DNA of 58,322 nucleotides, the filler included, from Diploschistes diacapsis (taxonomy: Eukaryota): assembly GCA_023645945.1 (NCBI GenBank). It is 4 parts of 4 records of this genome, joined end to end, with 100 filler letters (N's around TTAATTAATTAA, not from the genome) between each part and the next. Parts side by side here need not be neighbours in the genome. Positions count along the whole stretch, not along the records: positions 29,268 to 43,755 come from JALAIB010000603.1; positions 43,856 to 58,322 come from JALAIB010000604.1; 2 more parts are not named here. The stretch is one strand, 5' to 3'. Numbering within the stretch: the stretch's first letter is position 1; each line of letters begins with the position of its first letter. Positions 35,101 through 47,974 of this stretch are shown piece by piece. The translations under genes and the position numbers were made by a program. Under the pieces are notes generated by a model. It saw only the letters and a program-made list of their open reading frames with translations. It was not told where the DNA came from and made no database searches.

Positions 35101-36164
35101 GTTTGGCTCTCTTCATCACCAGTATTCTCTGGAATAACACAGAGTGGTGAGATCCTGGAGCTCACCTGAGAGATGATCAAGACAACATAGTTTTGTCTTG
35201 ATGTTGTCGACGAGCGCACCTACTCCGATGCTGGCATTAGGTCTGTTTGGATTCCTTCATGGCCGGACACGTTATGGCTTGAGTGGCATACCCGACAGAA
35301 TAAAGAGAACACCTAATCGAGCGATTGGTCATCCATTTAGTAAGAGCACTGACACGCAAATGCCCGTAGATTCCGAGTTATGATCGTATCGCTTGTGTCT
35401 CACATCTCGCTCTCTCTCCAGAAATCTTTGCCCTGGTATGGATCGTGGAACAGACTCGTTTTCCACGAGTAGTCATATACTGGGGACGAAGACTGAGCGC
35501 AGCAATTGCAGCTAAGTGTTGATGAGCGTACAAATCCACGAAAAATAGCGTTTTGCTTGCCCTTTCGTGATTCATGACAAGCCCTTCGGACGCTGAGCAA
35601 TCCAAGAATGCAGGCTTCCGTTACACCCAGCATGCTGTGGCGCTCTGGCATACAGCTACTATAGAGCTCGGCCATTTAATACCAGCATGGTGGCTCTTTT
35701 TGTCCCCTCCTCTATACTTTCCTTCATTCACACCTTACTTCTTCCTTGTTACAGACAGCGGTTGTGCACAGAGAGCAAACATCTGCCGCTACCCTAAGCT
35801 CTCCGTGACGCCTTCGTCACGTGCAGCTACAAGGACCGGCCAGGTCTTCTTGGTCGTCCTTTCCACGGCTTTGCTTTCTGTGGTAAAGACTCGGATCCAA
35901 TTTCTTCATTGAATCTGCATTGGTGACACCAGACATACACCTACAAGGCACAATCACTACCGTGGCGGGACACTCCTGAACTCCCGAATAACCCTAACAC
36001 ACTTGGAACTGTTGAAGTGGATGTGTATATTGTCCGCACCATCCTTGCTAGGAAAAGAAGGACGAAGAATTTAAGCTTCTATCATATGATAGAAGGCAGT
36101 CGTGCCGCCTCTTGTTCCCTATTTATTGTCATATACAACCTTACATATATCTTAATTCAACAAG

Positions 36165-38462
36165 ATGCTCTTCATTACCTTCTTTGGGCTTATGGCCTTG
36201 GCTATTCCCTCCGTTACAGGCTTCGCCGTTACCGGAACACAGGGCGGTGTCGACAATACGACTGGATTTCGGCCCATGCGGATTGAGATCAATCAGTTTC
36301 GATACGCTGGTCCAGCTTGGGATCTATACATCCAATCTCTGCAACAGCTCCTCTTCACCAATCAGTCTGGGCAATTTTCATTCTATCAGATAGCTGGTAA
36401 GGTAATTTAGGTCCGTGTAAGTACGAACTGCTAACAGTATCGTCTCTGAAGGCATACACGGTTACCCGAACGTCGACTGGGATGGTGTTACCGGTAGTGG
36501 AGGAGGTGTTGGTTATTGCACGCATGGCTCGATCCTGTTTCCTGTGTGGCATAGACCATACCTTGCGCTCTTCGAGGTAGGACATCGATCAAACGGCAAG
36601 GGCGGCTAGCTGACCCGTTCAGAACATATTGTGGAATAACGCGCAGAGCATAGCCGCTCAATACCCAGCGTCCCAAAAGCCCATGTACCAAGATGCAGCC
36701 GTTACGATGCGAATACCTTACTGGGACTGGTCAATCAACAGTACAATGCCGGACGTGACTACAAACCCAAAGATAGCGGTGAATACTCCACAAGGATCTC
36801 AAGTCATTGATAACCCACTCTTCAATTATACTTTCCACCCTTTAGTCTCTTCCGATCTGCCAGATGTGAGTCTATCCCTCTATACACCAAGTTCAGAATA
36901 CATGAGACGACCATGGATTGTTCGCCTTTAGAGCTAATGCTAATGGTCGCCGCAGCTGTCACAATACCCAACTACTGTCAGGTACCCAGATCCAAATACA
37001 ATGCAAAGTCAGGAGGGCATGGCGAATGCGGCTCTGAACAATGCTGCTTCATAGTTCGTTTCCCTAGCGTTTTTCCATGAGTTTTAGCGTTAATGGGTTT
37101 CAGCTGGCATGACAGTGCATATCTGCTCTTCTCCTCCCAACCGGATTACCAACAGTTTTCAAACGTCTATGGTGGCGCTGACAATAGTATCGAAAACATT
37201 CACGGAGGCATTCATAACTATGTTGGAGGATCAAGCCCAAATCTCGGTCACATGACGCTTCTGTGGTACTCGGCCATGGACCCGATATTCTGGCTGCATC
37301 ATGCGTTAAGTTGCACTGTATCCGTTAGCTCAATCTTGCTCATTCTCCGCCAGAAACGTTGACCGCCTCACCGCCATATGGCAAGCCATCTACCCTGATT
37401 CATACGTTGTACCACAGGCTTCGCAGCTGGAATCGACATACTATACCGCAATCGGCAGCGTAGAGGATGACACTTCTCGTAAGCTAGCGGCACCCCTTTT
37501 CGTAGGACCGAAACTACCTAACACCACCCACAGCCCTAGCCCCTTTTCATTCGGATAGCAACAGTAGCCTCCATACAGCGCTTACAGTACAATACCTCAA
37601 GCCTTTCGGCTATACTTACCCCGAACTCATCGACTGGACAGCGACCTCACCAAGCGATTACTCGCAGCGCGTCACCACTATCGTCAACGAGATCTACCAT
37701 CCAAACTTCGCACCGAATGTCGCTCGTAGAGACGATAACGGTCAGCCTGTGGGCGCCGCGCTCGCTGCAGATTGGGAATGGATTTTGAGCTTGCATGTCA
37801 ACCGGTAAGCAATCACTGTCCTACTGACGTCTCAATCAGCCACGAAGGCCTCCGCACTGACACTTGTATGGTCCAGAACCGCCTTACCTCAACCGATGAC
37901 TCTCTACTTCTTCAGCTCTCCGCCTCCCTCCGGTTCTGACCCCAATACCTGGGGTTCTCTCCCCAGCCTCATCGGCTCCCAAATCCTCCTTCATCCACCG
38001 CCGTCCCCTTCACCATCCTCCGCAAACGCCACAGCGAAACCCGGCAAAGGCGGCGCGCCCTTCTCCCCGCCTCGCTCCTCCATCCCCCTTACCCCTGAGC
38101 TCCTGTCGCTCTCGTCTTTGGACCCGGAGACTGTAATCCCGAGGCTGTGGCCGCTGTGGTGGGAGGCTGTTCCCGTGACTACTTCCACTTCTGGCGGCTC
38201 CCCGCCAGACGTTGACGCGGGGCCCATGGGACGGCGGGACCGTGGGTTCGCTGGGGTCAGGAGAGCTGTGCGCCGCGGCTCTGATAGCCGCAGTGGCAGG
38301 GGAGCAGGAAAGAACGTCCTGGGCAACGCCGTGTCGGTCGGGGTAAAAGCGAGACGGGTCAGCCAGCCGGCGGACAAGGGCCAGTTTCCGACCTATGGCG
38401 AGTGGAAGGTGTACGGGCGGGCCGTGCTTACGGGGAGTGGGGGCAATGTTACTTGCAGCTAG
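36165..38462 (+). CDS. Secreted tyrosinase (type-3 copper protein); 8 exons
   Basis: Signal peptide; [31 protein letters not shown] (CuA), [37 protein letters not shown] (CuB), FGYTYPE, and a C-terminal domain. Confidence 0.93.
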
Positions 38463-39103
38463 ATAGGAGCGGAGCGAGGGTGGCTCTTTGGGGTGGAAGA
38501 AAGGGGCGGTAATGGGTGGAGGGGATGGATGGTAGGAGGCTGGGAAGGGGAAGGTGGACAAGGGGAAAAGGGAAGAAATGGGGGAGATGTGAAGATTGAA
38601 AACAGCGAGCGAGAGCTCGAGATTATGCTTTTACGATGTATAGGCCGTACTTGATAGATTTATCTCTGCTTACAGGGTTCAAGAGGTAGGCGAGAAAGAT
38701 GAGCGAGTTCTCGTCCGGGGCATTCTGAACGATTGATTTGATTTGCTCGCTACAGTACGGTGGTGGTCGGGCTAGGTGGGCAAAATAGAAAGTAAAGCGC
38801 AGATGGGATCTTGGCGAGTTTTCGACGTAATGCAAGTCAATTTGAGTTTCCGTGCTCTCGATACATTGAACTACCTCGAGCGCGGCACAACGTTCGTGAC
38901 AATCTAGATCCGCATTTTTCTCTGTTTCATTATATCAGCTGTCCAGCGTCGCAGTCCGTCTCGGGCGTTCAACGTGTAGCCTCCAGCGCCACTCGCATGT
39001 ATGCATTCTTGATATGCTGTAAGATCCCCAATCCCATGCAGCACCTATTGTTGCTCAACGTACAGCTCTATCGCCACCCGCATCAGAATCATCTGGACCG
39101 ATC

Positions 39104-42100
39104 TCACATGACCTGACGTAGATCAAGCAACGTCAGTCTCGAAGCCACCAAGAATAAATATCCACCACCGAAGTTGAAATTACAGGAGGTCAACTCACCT
39201 CGCACCGATCGTCCAGCACGACCCGGACCCCTTCCTCGATCTCCATCTCCGCGCCCCCGCCCTCGCCCTCGCCCCAGTCCTCTCCTTCGTCCCCACCTGC
39301 TCCCTCGCCGTGACTCGGTGCTCCTGCGGCGGCGCGACGCCGGCGCATGATGTGTGCCAGCTGGGCCAGCATATCCCTCTAGAACCCGAGAGGGGAAAAC
39401 GTCAGCGAAATCTGTTTGGAGAAGAAGTTCGTGTACTTGCTCATATTTCCACGTCCCCAAAGCATCAAGTACACCATACTGCGAGCCAGAGCCAGCTGGC
39501 TCTCGCTTTATCAGACGTGAATTGTATCAGTCATTCTCTCCCCCTCCAGCACCACCGCCACCGCTGTTGCCCTCTATTTGGTGCATTATAGAGATCCACT
39601 CGGAAAACTCCATAGCAATCCTTCTGAGGGGAAAAGAGGGTCCACTTACGGTAATATAAGCCTCGTTGTTCCCGCCCGCACGATCGATGTCGTTCTGCAA
39701 GATAATCTTGTAGCTATCGTGCATGCGCCTGCGGGACTCCAGTCCGACGTGACATGCCCTTGGTCTTGCTTGCTGTTGGCCATCATCATCATCATCCTCG
39801 TCCGGAAGGGGTTCTTCCTCATCGGAATCTACAGCCGGTGGAACTGGTGGCTGGCTTTCTTCGCCGTCGTCGTTGGTAGTGGACCGCGGGCGCTGACGGC
39901 GTAAGGGCCAGTTCAAAGAGGAGTGGTTTGTGGAGCGGGTTGGGTCGATGTTGAGATTTCGGCCTAGGCGGGCGTCGCGCTGGGCACGGTGGTCAGGTGA
40001 GAAGATCTTAATCGTGTGGTCGATGCCGGAGACAGCTAGCATCGGCTCGTATGGGTGGCCTATCATATGATTAGTTCTCTTGGGAAATGGGCGAGGGAGA
40101 TCTGGGGTACCTTGGACCACATTCACCACCTCGCCGTCGCCTTTAAGGATATTGAGCAGACGGGATGTCTTTCGGTCCCAGATGAAGAGATGTCCTGAAT
40201 CGCAGCCTGACACAACGTATTCGTCTTGGAGGCCAAAGAAATTTACGTCTTTGACTGTCTTGACGTTACAATGGCCGGTGTATTTGCGACTATGTGCCAT
40301 TACTGGAACATCTTTCTGTACCTGTGAGCGTAGGCGGTTTCTTTCGGACGTGGATCGTAAGATGAATTGGCTAGCTAGACCTCCATCGTCTTCGTCTGCT
40401 TCCCCGTCATCGTCACCGTCGTCACTGTCGTTGTCATCACCATCGTCGTCGCTATCGTCGTCATCGTCATCACCATCGTCATCATCGTCATCACCATCAT
40501 CATCATCATCATCTTCGCTCGCTTCTTCGTTTACCTCTTCTGGCTCATTGACGTGCACCTCTTCGGGAGTCTCATTGTTAGCCCCATTTTGAGCGCTTTC
40601 AGGTTCTCCTTTAACCGGAGAAGCATTGCTGACAACGTCGGCTGTATCAACAACTTGTTCCTCGGTGGCCGAATCGATGTTATCCTGTACCCGGCCCTCG
40701 TCGATGTCTCGAGAAAGGCCCAGACCTCCATATGCCCGATCTACGAAGGCAAAGTTGACACCTTCTCCAGCGTTCATCAGCAACCCTCGTCCCACTTTGA
40801 AGCCCCAGTATTTCAAAGCAGCCTGCTTGTCCTGAGCCTGTACAGTCCTTTGTGAAGATTCCGTGCCTTCACCACTATCCAAATATGTCAACGCTCCCGA
40901 CATATCCTGCAGCGGTATTTGGATTGCGCGACTGAATGCAATGACAGCAGCAGTTTCGTCCCGAAACAAAATTCGGTTCTCATCTGTTTCGAAGCGAGAA
41001 GCATCGACATTGGAGATTGGCCGAGGTCCGGCTTGAGACCTTTGGATGGTGCGTGCAAGCTGGATCAGCATGGGAACGAGATGTTCCTCGATACCATTAA
41101 GGTTAGCATCTTCTGGAATTGGAAAGAAGGCAGCCTGCCGTTTCGGTGTAGAGGCTTTTTTCTTGAAGCCCTCAAGTAGTGCTTCGGGCCCACCACCCAG
41201 CCAGAGCGTAATGGCTTTCAGGAAAACGTAGCGAAAGTTTTCATCCGGTTCCTGCAGGGGACCTTCTGTTTCTGATGCTTTTATGGTATCGAAATATTCT
41301 AGTGCAGCACTAGGAGAAGCACCTGCTGTATGTATTCTACCCCCTAGACACTGTGCCAGGGTACCGCAAGCTTGCACGAATCGCCTAACCGAATCCCTAT
41401 GCTGCCGGAGTGTAGCATGGAATGCGACGTCCTGAGGGCTCGGACCAACTGGATATGGCCAGGTGCGAATAACATCGTCCAATTCTGGCAGCAAAGCTGC
41501 CGACAACCCTAGGACACTCGTAAAAGACCGAATATGCGCGGAGAGTCTCCCGCTGCCGTGCTCATCCTCACGAGCAGAAGCTTCTAAAGAGAATAGGAGC
41601 TTGCGAATCTTCACGACACTCTTGCCGATGCGCATACTGCGTTTCTGGGATTCGTTTAGGACCGATTCCCGAGACTGCTGAATAAATCGCTCACTGGCAG
41701 CTGGTTCAATAGAAATGTCTTCGCTCTGTCCGTTCTCATACCTGACCCTGAGAACGACATCGTCTGACGCGGTCTGACTGGCTGTACGCCTAGCTCGAGA
41801 ATCCCCCCTCTTCAGGCCCTCCATCGATGCCGATGTATTTTCTGCCTTTCGCTTCCGCTTCCTATCGCGGGATTCTCTCGTTCGGTTCTTGTTCTTTTCC
41901 CTTAAAGTACTACTAGGCTTGGAGATCTTGTCGCGTGCGTCGGGCGAGTGCAGCAGATCAAAGCTATAGATATGGTCGCCTGACCAGCTAGCGATCATCT
42001 CGTTCGGATGGGCGTCACTGATCTTGCACGCTGTTACATGGCCATTCTCGGTTCGACCCATCCTCGTCTTGCCGTTGGGAGCGAATCGTTTTACACATTG

Positions 42101-43087
42101 CGTAGCTTCTCCCATTAGACTGTCGGCAGCAGTGCCATCTGGGCTTGATGGTCCAACTCCAGCGTCACCCCTCTCTGCCCAAACGTCCCGCCCGGCCATT
42201 CGGCGGTCATGGAGAAAGCAGTGCAAATGGGCACCACCGAGAACGATGTAATGAGGCTGACTTGGAGAACACGATATGGTATTGAGATCTAAACGATAAC
42301 GCCTGTAGGAGATCAAGGGAGGCGGAACATTCGAATCATCGTGATCTCCAGCATGAAGTTGGAAAACTCCTCCTCCTCTTGCCGCCGGGTATGCTGAGGA
42401 GGGGAGTCTGGTGTCAAACTGTCTGACCTCGCCATCTTCCGAACACGTCAGGAACAGGTAGGGCGAAGATTCCGTGACTATTCTCTTGACCCGGTCGCTG
42501 TGGGACCTGTAGACTCTTGCATTTGTGTTCCCGTCACTCAAATATTTGACGCCATGGTATACATTTCCAAGGCCCCGAGTGCTCAGGCCTATCGTGTGTC
42601 TCGCGGCTGCCACAGAAGAGGCATTCGAGGCTTCTGCAGATCTTCCAGCATGCTCGAGATCAAAGACACGCACTTCAGAATCACCAGCAGCAGTAACCAC
42701 TGTGTTGTCGTTGGAATGCGGCATAAACTTGACGGAGAAGATGTTCGCTGTATGTCCGGTCGACAGGGAAGTTGTTAAGAGGAATGGACTAGTTGTCGAT
42801 TCAGGCTGATAAGAATGGATGAGGAGATGCGTGTCGTCGGATCCAGACGCCAGCAACCGGCCTGACTTGGACCAGCTAAAAGGCAGTCAGTATTGAGGGT
42901 CTATCAGCATTCTGAAATAGAAGACATGCTTTAAAGCATTTACGCATCCAGAATGGCCGCCTAGCTCATTCACAATATCCAACTTATCGACCCAGGTCTT
43001 ATCCCCGTATATTCCTCTGACGCTTGCATCTCGCTGAGCGGAACCTAACTCTCTCTGTAGTATACGGTTATTGACGGTAGTTTTCAT
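39104..43087 (-). CDS. WD40 DDB1-CUL4 substrate-receptor-like protein (DCAF8/DCAF6/Iqw1 family) ending in a CaaX box
   Basis: GHSGCVNAL|NWSKSGRLLASGSDD, GHTANIFSVKFMP, HSDRVKRI, acidic D tract, YTGHCNVKTVKDVNFFG, HPYEPMLAVSGIDHTIKIFSP. Terminal exons 39199-39378 and 39104-39112 give ...DDRCEVM*. Confidence 0.88.
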
Positions 43088-43621
43088 CTTGCTGGATGGG
43101 TTTAAGAAAGAGGAGATCCCGAGCAAGAGTGCAGTACGCCCAAGCGGCAAAGATTAACCTCCCTCAAGTACGTATACTTTGCAATTCCATGTCCACCTTG
43201 TGAACGGACTCTAAAAAAAACCGAACAACGTTACGGTCATGATTTGTACTGAGAAGCTCTTGCTATGTGATATGAGCTCTGGGTAGATCTCCGTATCGAG
43301 CGAAAGCTCACAAAAGAATAAAAGCCTTGCTATGCCAAAACGTTGCTTGACTTTCTTCTTTAAAATGGTTTACTTTGTAGAGCTTCTCAGTGGCGCTGTT
43401 GAAGCAATAACCACGTGAGCTTTTGGAAAGGCATAGAAAGCTTCACTGGATGTCTTGATGAACTTGCCCATGGGGATCGTTAAAAAAAATTGAGTCTTTA
43501 TATAATATATTACAGATATTGTATGGAAGATGACGAAGGAGCTTCTGCCGCGGGCTCTGCTGAACCCTGTCTGAATTCTGAATACAAAGACATATAGTCA
43601 GTACTGGGACTGCGGGGGTGG

Positions 43622-43650
43622 AGTAATAGTAGTAATAATGGTAGTAATCA

Positions 43651-43724
<74 letters not shown>

Positions 43725-43755
43725 ATAGTAGTAGTAATAGTAATAGTAATAATAG
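43622..43755. repeat. (GTA)n/(ATA)n trinucleotide microsatellite at a contig end
   Basis: Long agtagtagt run. Confidence 0.95.
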
Positions 43756-43855
43756 NNNNNNNNNNNNNNNNNNNNNNNNNNNNNNNNNNNNNNNNNNNNT
43801 TAATTAATTAANNNNNNNNNNNNNNNNNNNNNNNNNNNNNNNNNNNNNNNNNNNN
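43756..43855. other. Assembly gap with TTAATTAATTAA linker
   Basis: N block. Confidence 0.98.
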
Positions 43856-43902
43856 TTCTCTCCCTTCCTTACCCTCTTCTCCCCTCGCGTGCATCCCCCA
43901 TC

Positions 43903-45470
43903 CTACCGTGCCCCCAAAGTCTCCAGCGCCCCTCTCAACTCGCTAATCGCCGTCGTCACATCCTCGAAGTTCAACGCCGAGATAGCCCATCTCGCATGCT
44001 TCTGCGCCTTCGCAATCGCCTCTTCATCCAACACGACACTCTGTTGCTGCTGCTGCTGCTGTTGCTGTTGCTCCTGTCGTGGCGGCACAGAAGAAGGCGG
44101 TGCCTGGTCGTAATACGCACGCCCTCCCGCCGCGTATGGGGCTTGGCCTGGACCTGGACCTGAAACTGCCGGCCGTGAAGGATGTGGCGCAGCGTACGAC
44201 GTTTCGTAATTGGGCTGGCCGGGTTGTTGTTGTGGGACATGAGGGGGATAGTGAGGTGTTTGTGGCGGTGGGTGCTGCTGATGACTGGGAAAATGGTATG
44301 GAGCTGAAGGCGGCGCGTGGCTGGGTTGCGTGGCTGGGGGCGACGTAGGGCCGTAGTCCGGGGGGCTTGCGGGCGGGATATCGGATGGTGCGCTGGGAAG
44401 CAACGATGCGTCGGAGTGCGGCTCCGCGTGCGGATCGTCGGGCATGCGTGGGAAGTAGCCGCCGCCGAGGGAAGGTGGGGCGGCTGTTGAGGGGGGACCG
44501 AGCGGGGAGACCTCGCCGTTCGCAGCGGTGGAATGGAGGTAGTTGAGGAAGTTGCTGTTGGGAAGCGGGGGTGTGGTGGGAGGGTAGTGCTGTGTTGGAC
44601 GCGGGATGGACGAGTCTCGGGATGGGTGGAGAGATTGGTCCAGCGTAGAGATCCTGGCTAGGGAGGACTCCAGCCGGTTATGCTCATCTGGGACCTCCTG
44701 GACGGACGGCTGCAGGATTCGAGAGGTCTCTCCTGGTGTTGGGGTGCCCGCTTGGCCTTGCAGGGCTCGGACATCTGGGTCATTGGGATCAAGGGGTGGT
44801 GCGTCCGGGCTTTGTGTGGACTCGGGCTCCGGATTCGAGAGGTTTGGGTCTTCGCCGGCTTTGATGGCTTTGGCGATCCTCAGGGCGTGGTACTTGGCGA
44901 ATTTGATCTTGGCGGTGATCTCAGGGTCTACAGGAGGCCATATATGGAGGAGTTCGAGGAACGTGTAAGCCGCTTGGAAAGTATCTGCGGTTTGCCTGGG
45001 CGAGAATCAGTGTCGGTCTTGCACGGATATGAGCTGCGAGCCTTACCTGGTCGCTTTGTTCGCTCGTACTGCATTATCAGCCCTGTTAAAGACCTCGAGC
45101 CCGAATTGCTCAATCAGAGCTTGTCCGGCAACCTCGTCGTTAATGGCATCATCGTTTGTAGACTTGATCTGCCGAATATAAGCCCAGTATAGCATTCAAG
45201 GTGAACTATCATACCGCCTCGAGCTTATCCATAAGGTTGCCGGTATATGCTCTGCTCTCATCGTCCCTGTTGTGCAGGCCCTTTGTTACGATCTGCTGAA
45301 CAATCCAATAGTTGCCTTGGAGATGCGCGGTTAGCTCGAATTCTTTAAGTTTTCTATTATCACGCACACCAGTATGCTACTGCAGGCTTGGTCTTTTCGA
45401 CCTGCGCTGCTCTTGTTGCAAAGCGTGTTATATCTGCAGATTTGAGCGAGTTTGGCACAGTTGCCGCCAT
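43903..45470 (-). CDS. VTA1: ESCRT/Vps4 cofactor Vta1; 4 exons
   Basis: MIT region (AVAYW|CNYWIVQQI, QTADTFQAA, KIKFAKYHALRIAKAIKAGEDPN), Pro-rich linker with polyQ, and VSL domain IAKAQKHARWAISALNFEDVTTAISELRGAL. Confidence 0.93.
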
Positions 45471-46372
45471 CTCCGGCTTCCTCGATGTGATTTCAGGTTC
45501 ACCCTAAGACTAATTATCAAACAAAAGGATTTAATATAGAAAAAGCCTAATATACAGAAGATGCAGCTCGCTCTTGTCCTAGTAAAGTGAAATTTCATGT
45601 GGGATGTTGAAGCCTATCTACATACCGCCGTATGTTAGATTTCTTATTGCTTATAGATAAGGTGAATTCCGGCATTAAAATGAATCTTTTGGGCTGGTTT
45701 CTAGAGGAGCAATTACTTTGCATCTATGTTCCAATGATATTATGTTAGATTATATCATAAATTTGCAGTATGTGATTCTGATAGACTGATTAGTGTCTCT
45801 TCCTCCAACTAACCAGCGTGAAGCACTTCAGAAAGAGCTAGTCAAAACATGTTTCGATTCAAGCTTTGAAGAACATTGCGGTCACCCGATGCTGCCTACA
45901 CTCCATGCCCTCCTTTCAGCAAATTTCCTGCCATATCAATCTATCTGTCTCGCGCCCGGGTAGCGGCTGTTTCCCTATTCAAGTCTTACTCAACGCTTTC
46001 GGCCAGTACTACTTTGAGCCTTTATCCTGGTGGCGAGCCATTTGTTGCCTTCGAGTAATGCGATGCCAATATGAGAACGCTGTTCATAGACTCAAACCGT
46101 CCAGCAAAATCCCCGGCTGCAGATTAAATGTAGCAAACTATATTTAAGATACCCCATACTGTACATTTTTCTTTATTCAGATCCTTGCCTTGAGTGTGGT
46201 CCAACGGAGGGTCTTTGAGTACAACCATCCGCTTTGGTGGGCTAAAGAGAACATGCCGTGCGTGAACATGCCATCCTTGCAATGAACCAGGGCTGCGACA
46301 CCAGTATTTCGATTCAGTTTTGGACAATCACCTTCGCGATATCGATATCAAAAATGCCGTGAAGCTCCGGTC

Positions 46373-47279
46373 CTAGCCCTGCACTTCGTGGACCCCTTGC
46401 GCATTGTTAAGCTGATGATATGCTGGCTGGGTACGAGCAGTTGGCCCAACGGGATACGGAGTTGACTGTGACATTGCCAGCGTTCTAGATCCTTGTTGAG
46501 TTCCATAGTGAGGCGTAGCAATCGGCCCTTGTTGCTTGTTTTTGCGCGACTGATGCCAGATCAGATACGCTACAATCGCACCGCCGAAAAATATGGCAGC
46601 AGCAGCAACACCAATTCCAGCAGCGGCACCCGTAGATAGGCCTGAACTAGAGTTTGTATTGCTAGCAGACGGAGATTGGCTTGTGTCTAGAAGCGCAGCA
46701 GCCGCTGTAGCTGTTTCGACGAAGGTGGTTGATGGTTGAGACACGGTTGTTAGAAATGTGCTTGCAGAAACAGTGGCGGTGACTGTCTGCGTGACTATTG
46801 CAGCACCGCTTGCACTACCCGTGGACGATGCAGCAGCAGCGCCGTAAGCCGACTGAAGTTGACTGTTTTGTTGCCACGTCGTAGGTGAGTTCCCCTGTGT
46901 GTTGACATATCCGAACGTTATTGTATTACCAACCTCTGTGTCCGAAAACCACATATGACATGTCCATTGCTGGCTATTGTCCCCACTGCCCATAATTTGG
47001 TTGAAAGTGTACTGAAAGGGCGATGAGTTGCCTGAACTAACAAGGTACCCTGGATTGGTGTCTATGGAGAGCATTAGCTACATTGTTCACCCACGCGTAG
47101 TTCGACATACCATTTGCGCAGGCGAAATTGACGGTGGGCTGTTCTGAGGCGGGAGCCCAGACAAGATCAATCTTATCGCCTTTCGCAATAGGACCGAACG
47201 CGGCGGCAACATCGGTGGGAACGGTTGGTGCACCTAACGGTGGGAAGACCCAGGTTTGAGGATCAGGGCTGGCTGACAT
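46373..47279 (-). CDS. Hypothetical Ser/Thr-rich single-pass membrane protein (Mid2-like architecture); intron about 47062-47110
   Basis: Splicing joins ORF 47037..47279 to ORF 46373..47074; S/T stalk, GLSTGAAAGIGVAAAAIFFGGAIVAYLIW TM helix, basic stop-transfer, and HEVQG tail. Confidence 0.75.
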
Positions 47280-47724
47280 GGTGCGCGCACTCTCTCATAT
47301 AACAGTCTCACGACACTATGGTAGAGGAAAGAAAGGCAGAGGTACCGGGGAAATGTAAACAGTAGCAGTAGTAGAAAACGAAGTTAAGTTTTGTAATGCA
47401 GTTATGAACAACATCCTGGTCCTCCTGGGACAAGCTACCTGCTACCGCTCACTCTCCACATATAGTGTGCCTGCCAACTGGTTTAGCTTGTATCAAGTTC
47501 CCATAGTAATCTGTATGCATTACATTACACATACGAGCTACAGCTGACAATGTCGCAAGAAGGTTATCCAAATATTGATGATCTAGATATACAGAAAAGC
47601 AACAAACTCTAAAGCGTAACTTAAGTTATGGAGAAAAGTGAGATTGAGATTATGTAATAAATTATTGTCACATGATAACGTGGGACCTAAACTTAACTGC
47701 AGTATTTGTATGGAGAATCCCACG

Positions 47725-47756
47725 CCGTTAACGCTCAAGTCCGTTAGCGCTCAAGT
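47725..47756. repeat. 16-bp tandem duplication in the PDI upstream region
   Basis: CCGTTAACGCTCAAGT CCGTTAGCGCTCAAGT. Confidence 0.8.
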
Positions 47757-47974
47757 TACCCCACCAAAGCCATGTTAAGTGTTTTGGGTGTTCACATGGC
47801 ACTTCCCGTCGTAAAAGCTTAAAGCTTGAAAAGGCCAGCTATGCAACAATAATAATAATATCTTATCTAACATGCCACTTGCGCTCGAAAGCTCCCAAAA
47901 GAGCCTTTGGACATCAAAGCACTTCATGATTGGTCTCTTCCACTGTCATTCACGATAAGAATACTCCAAAGAGA

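Noticed and set aside
35989..35998. TAACCCTAAC as a telomerase RNA template
   Set aside because: The tyrosinase ATG lies about 170 nt downstream, leaving no room for a 1.5-2 kb TER, and no pseudoknot is evident.
37050..37103. Apparent premature TAG in the tyrosinase (possible editing or readthrough site)
   Set aside because: The TAG spans a splice donor: TA|GTTCGT...CAG|C restores TAC (Tyr) in frame.
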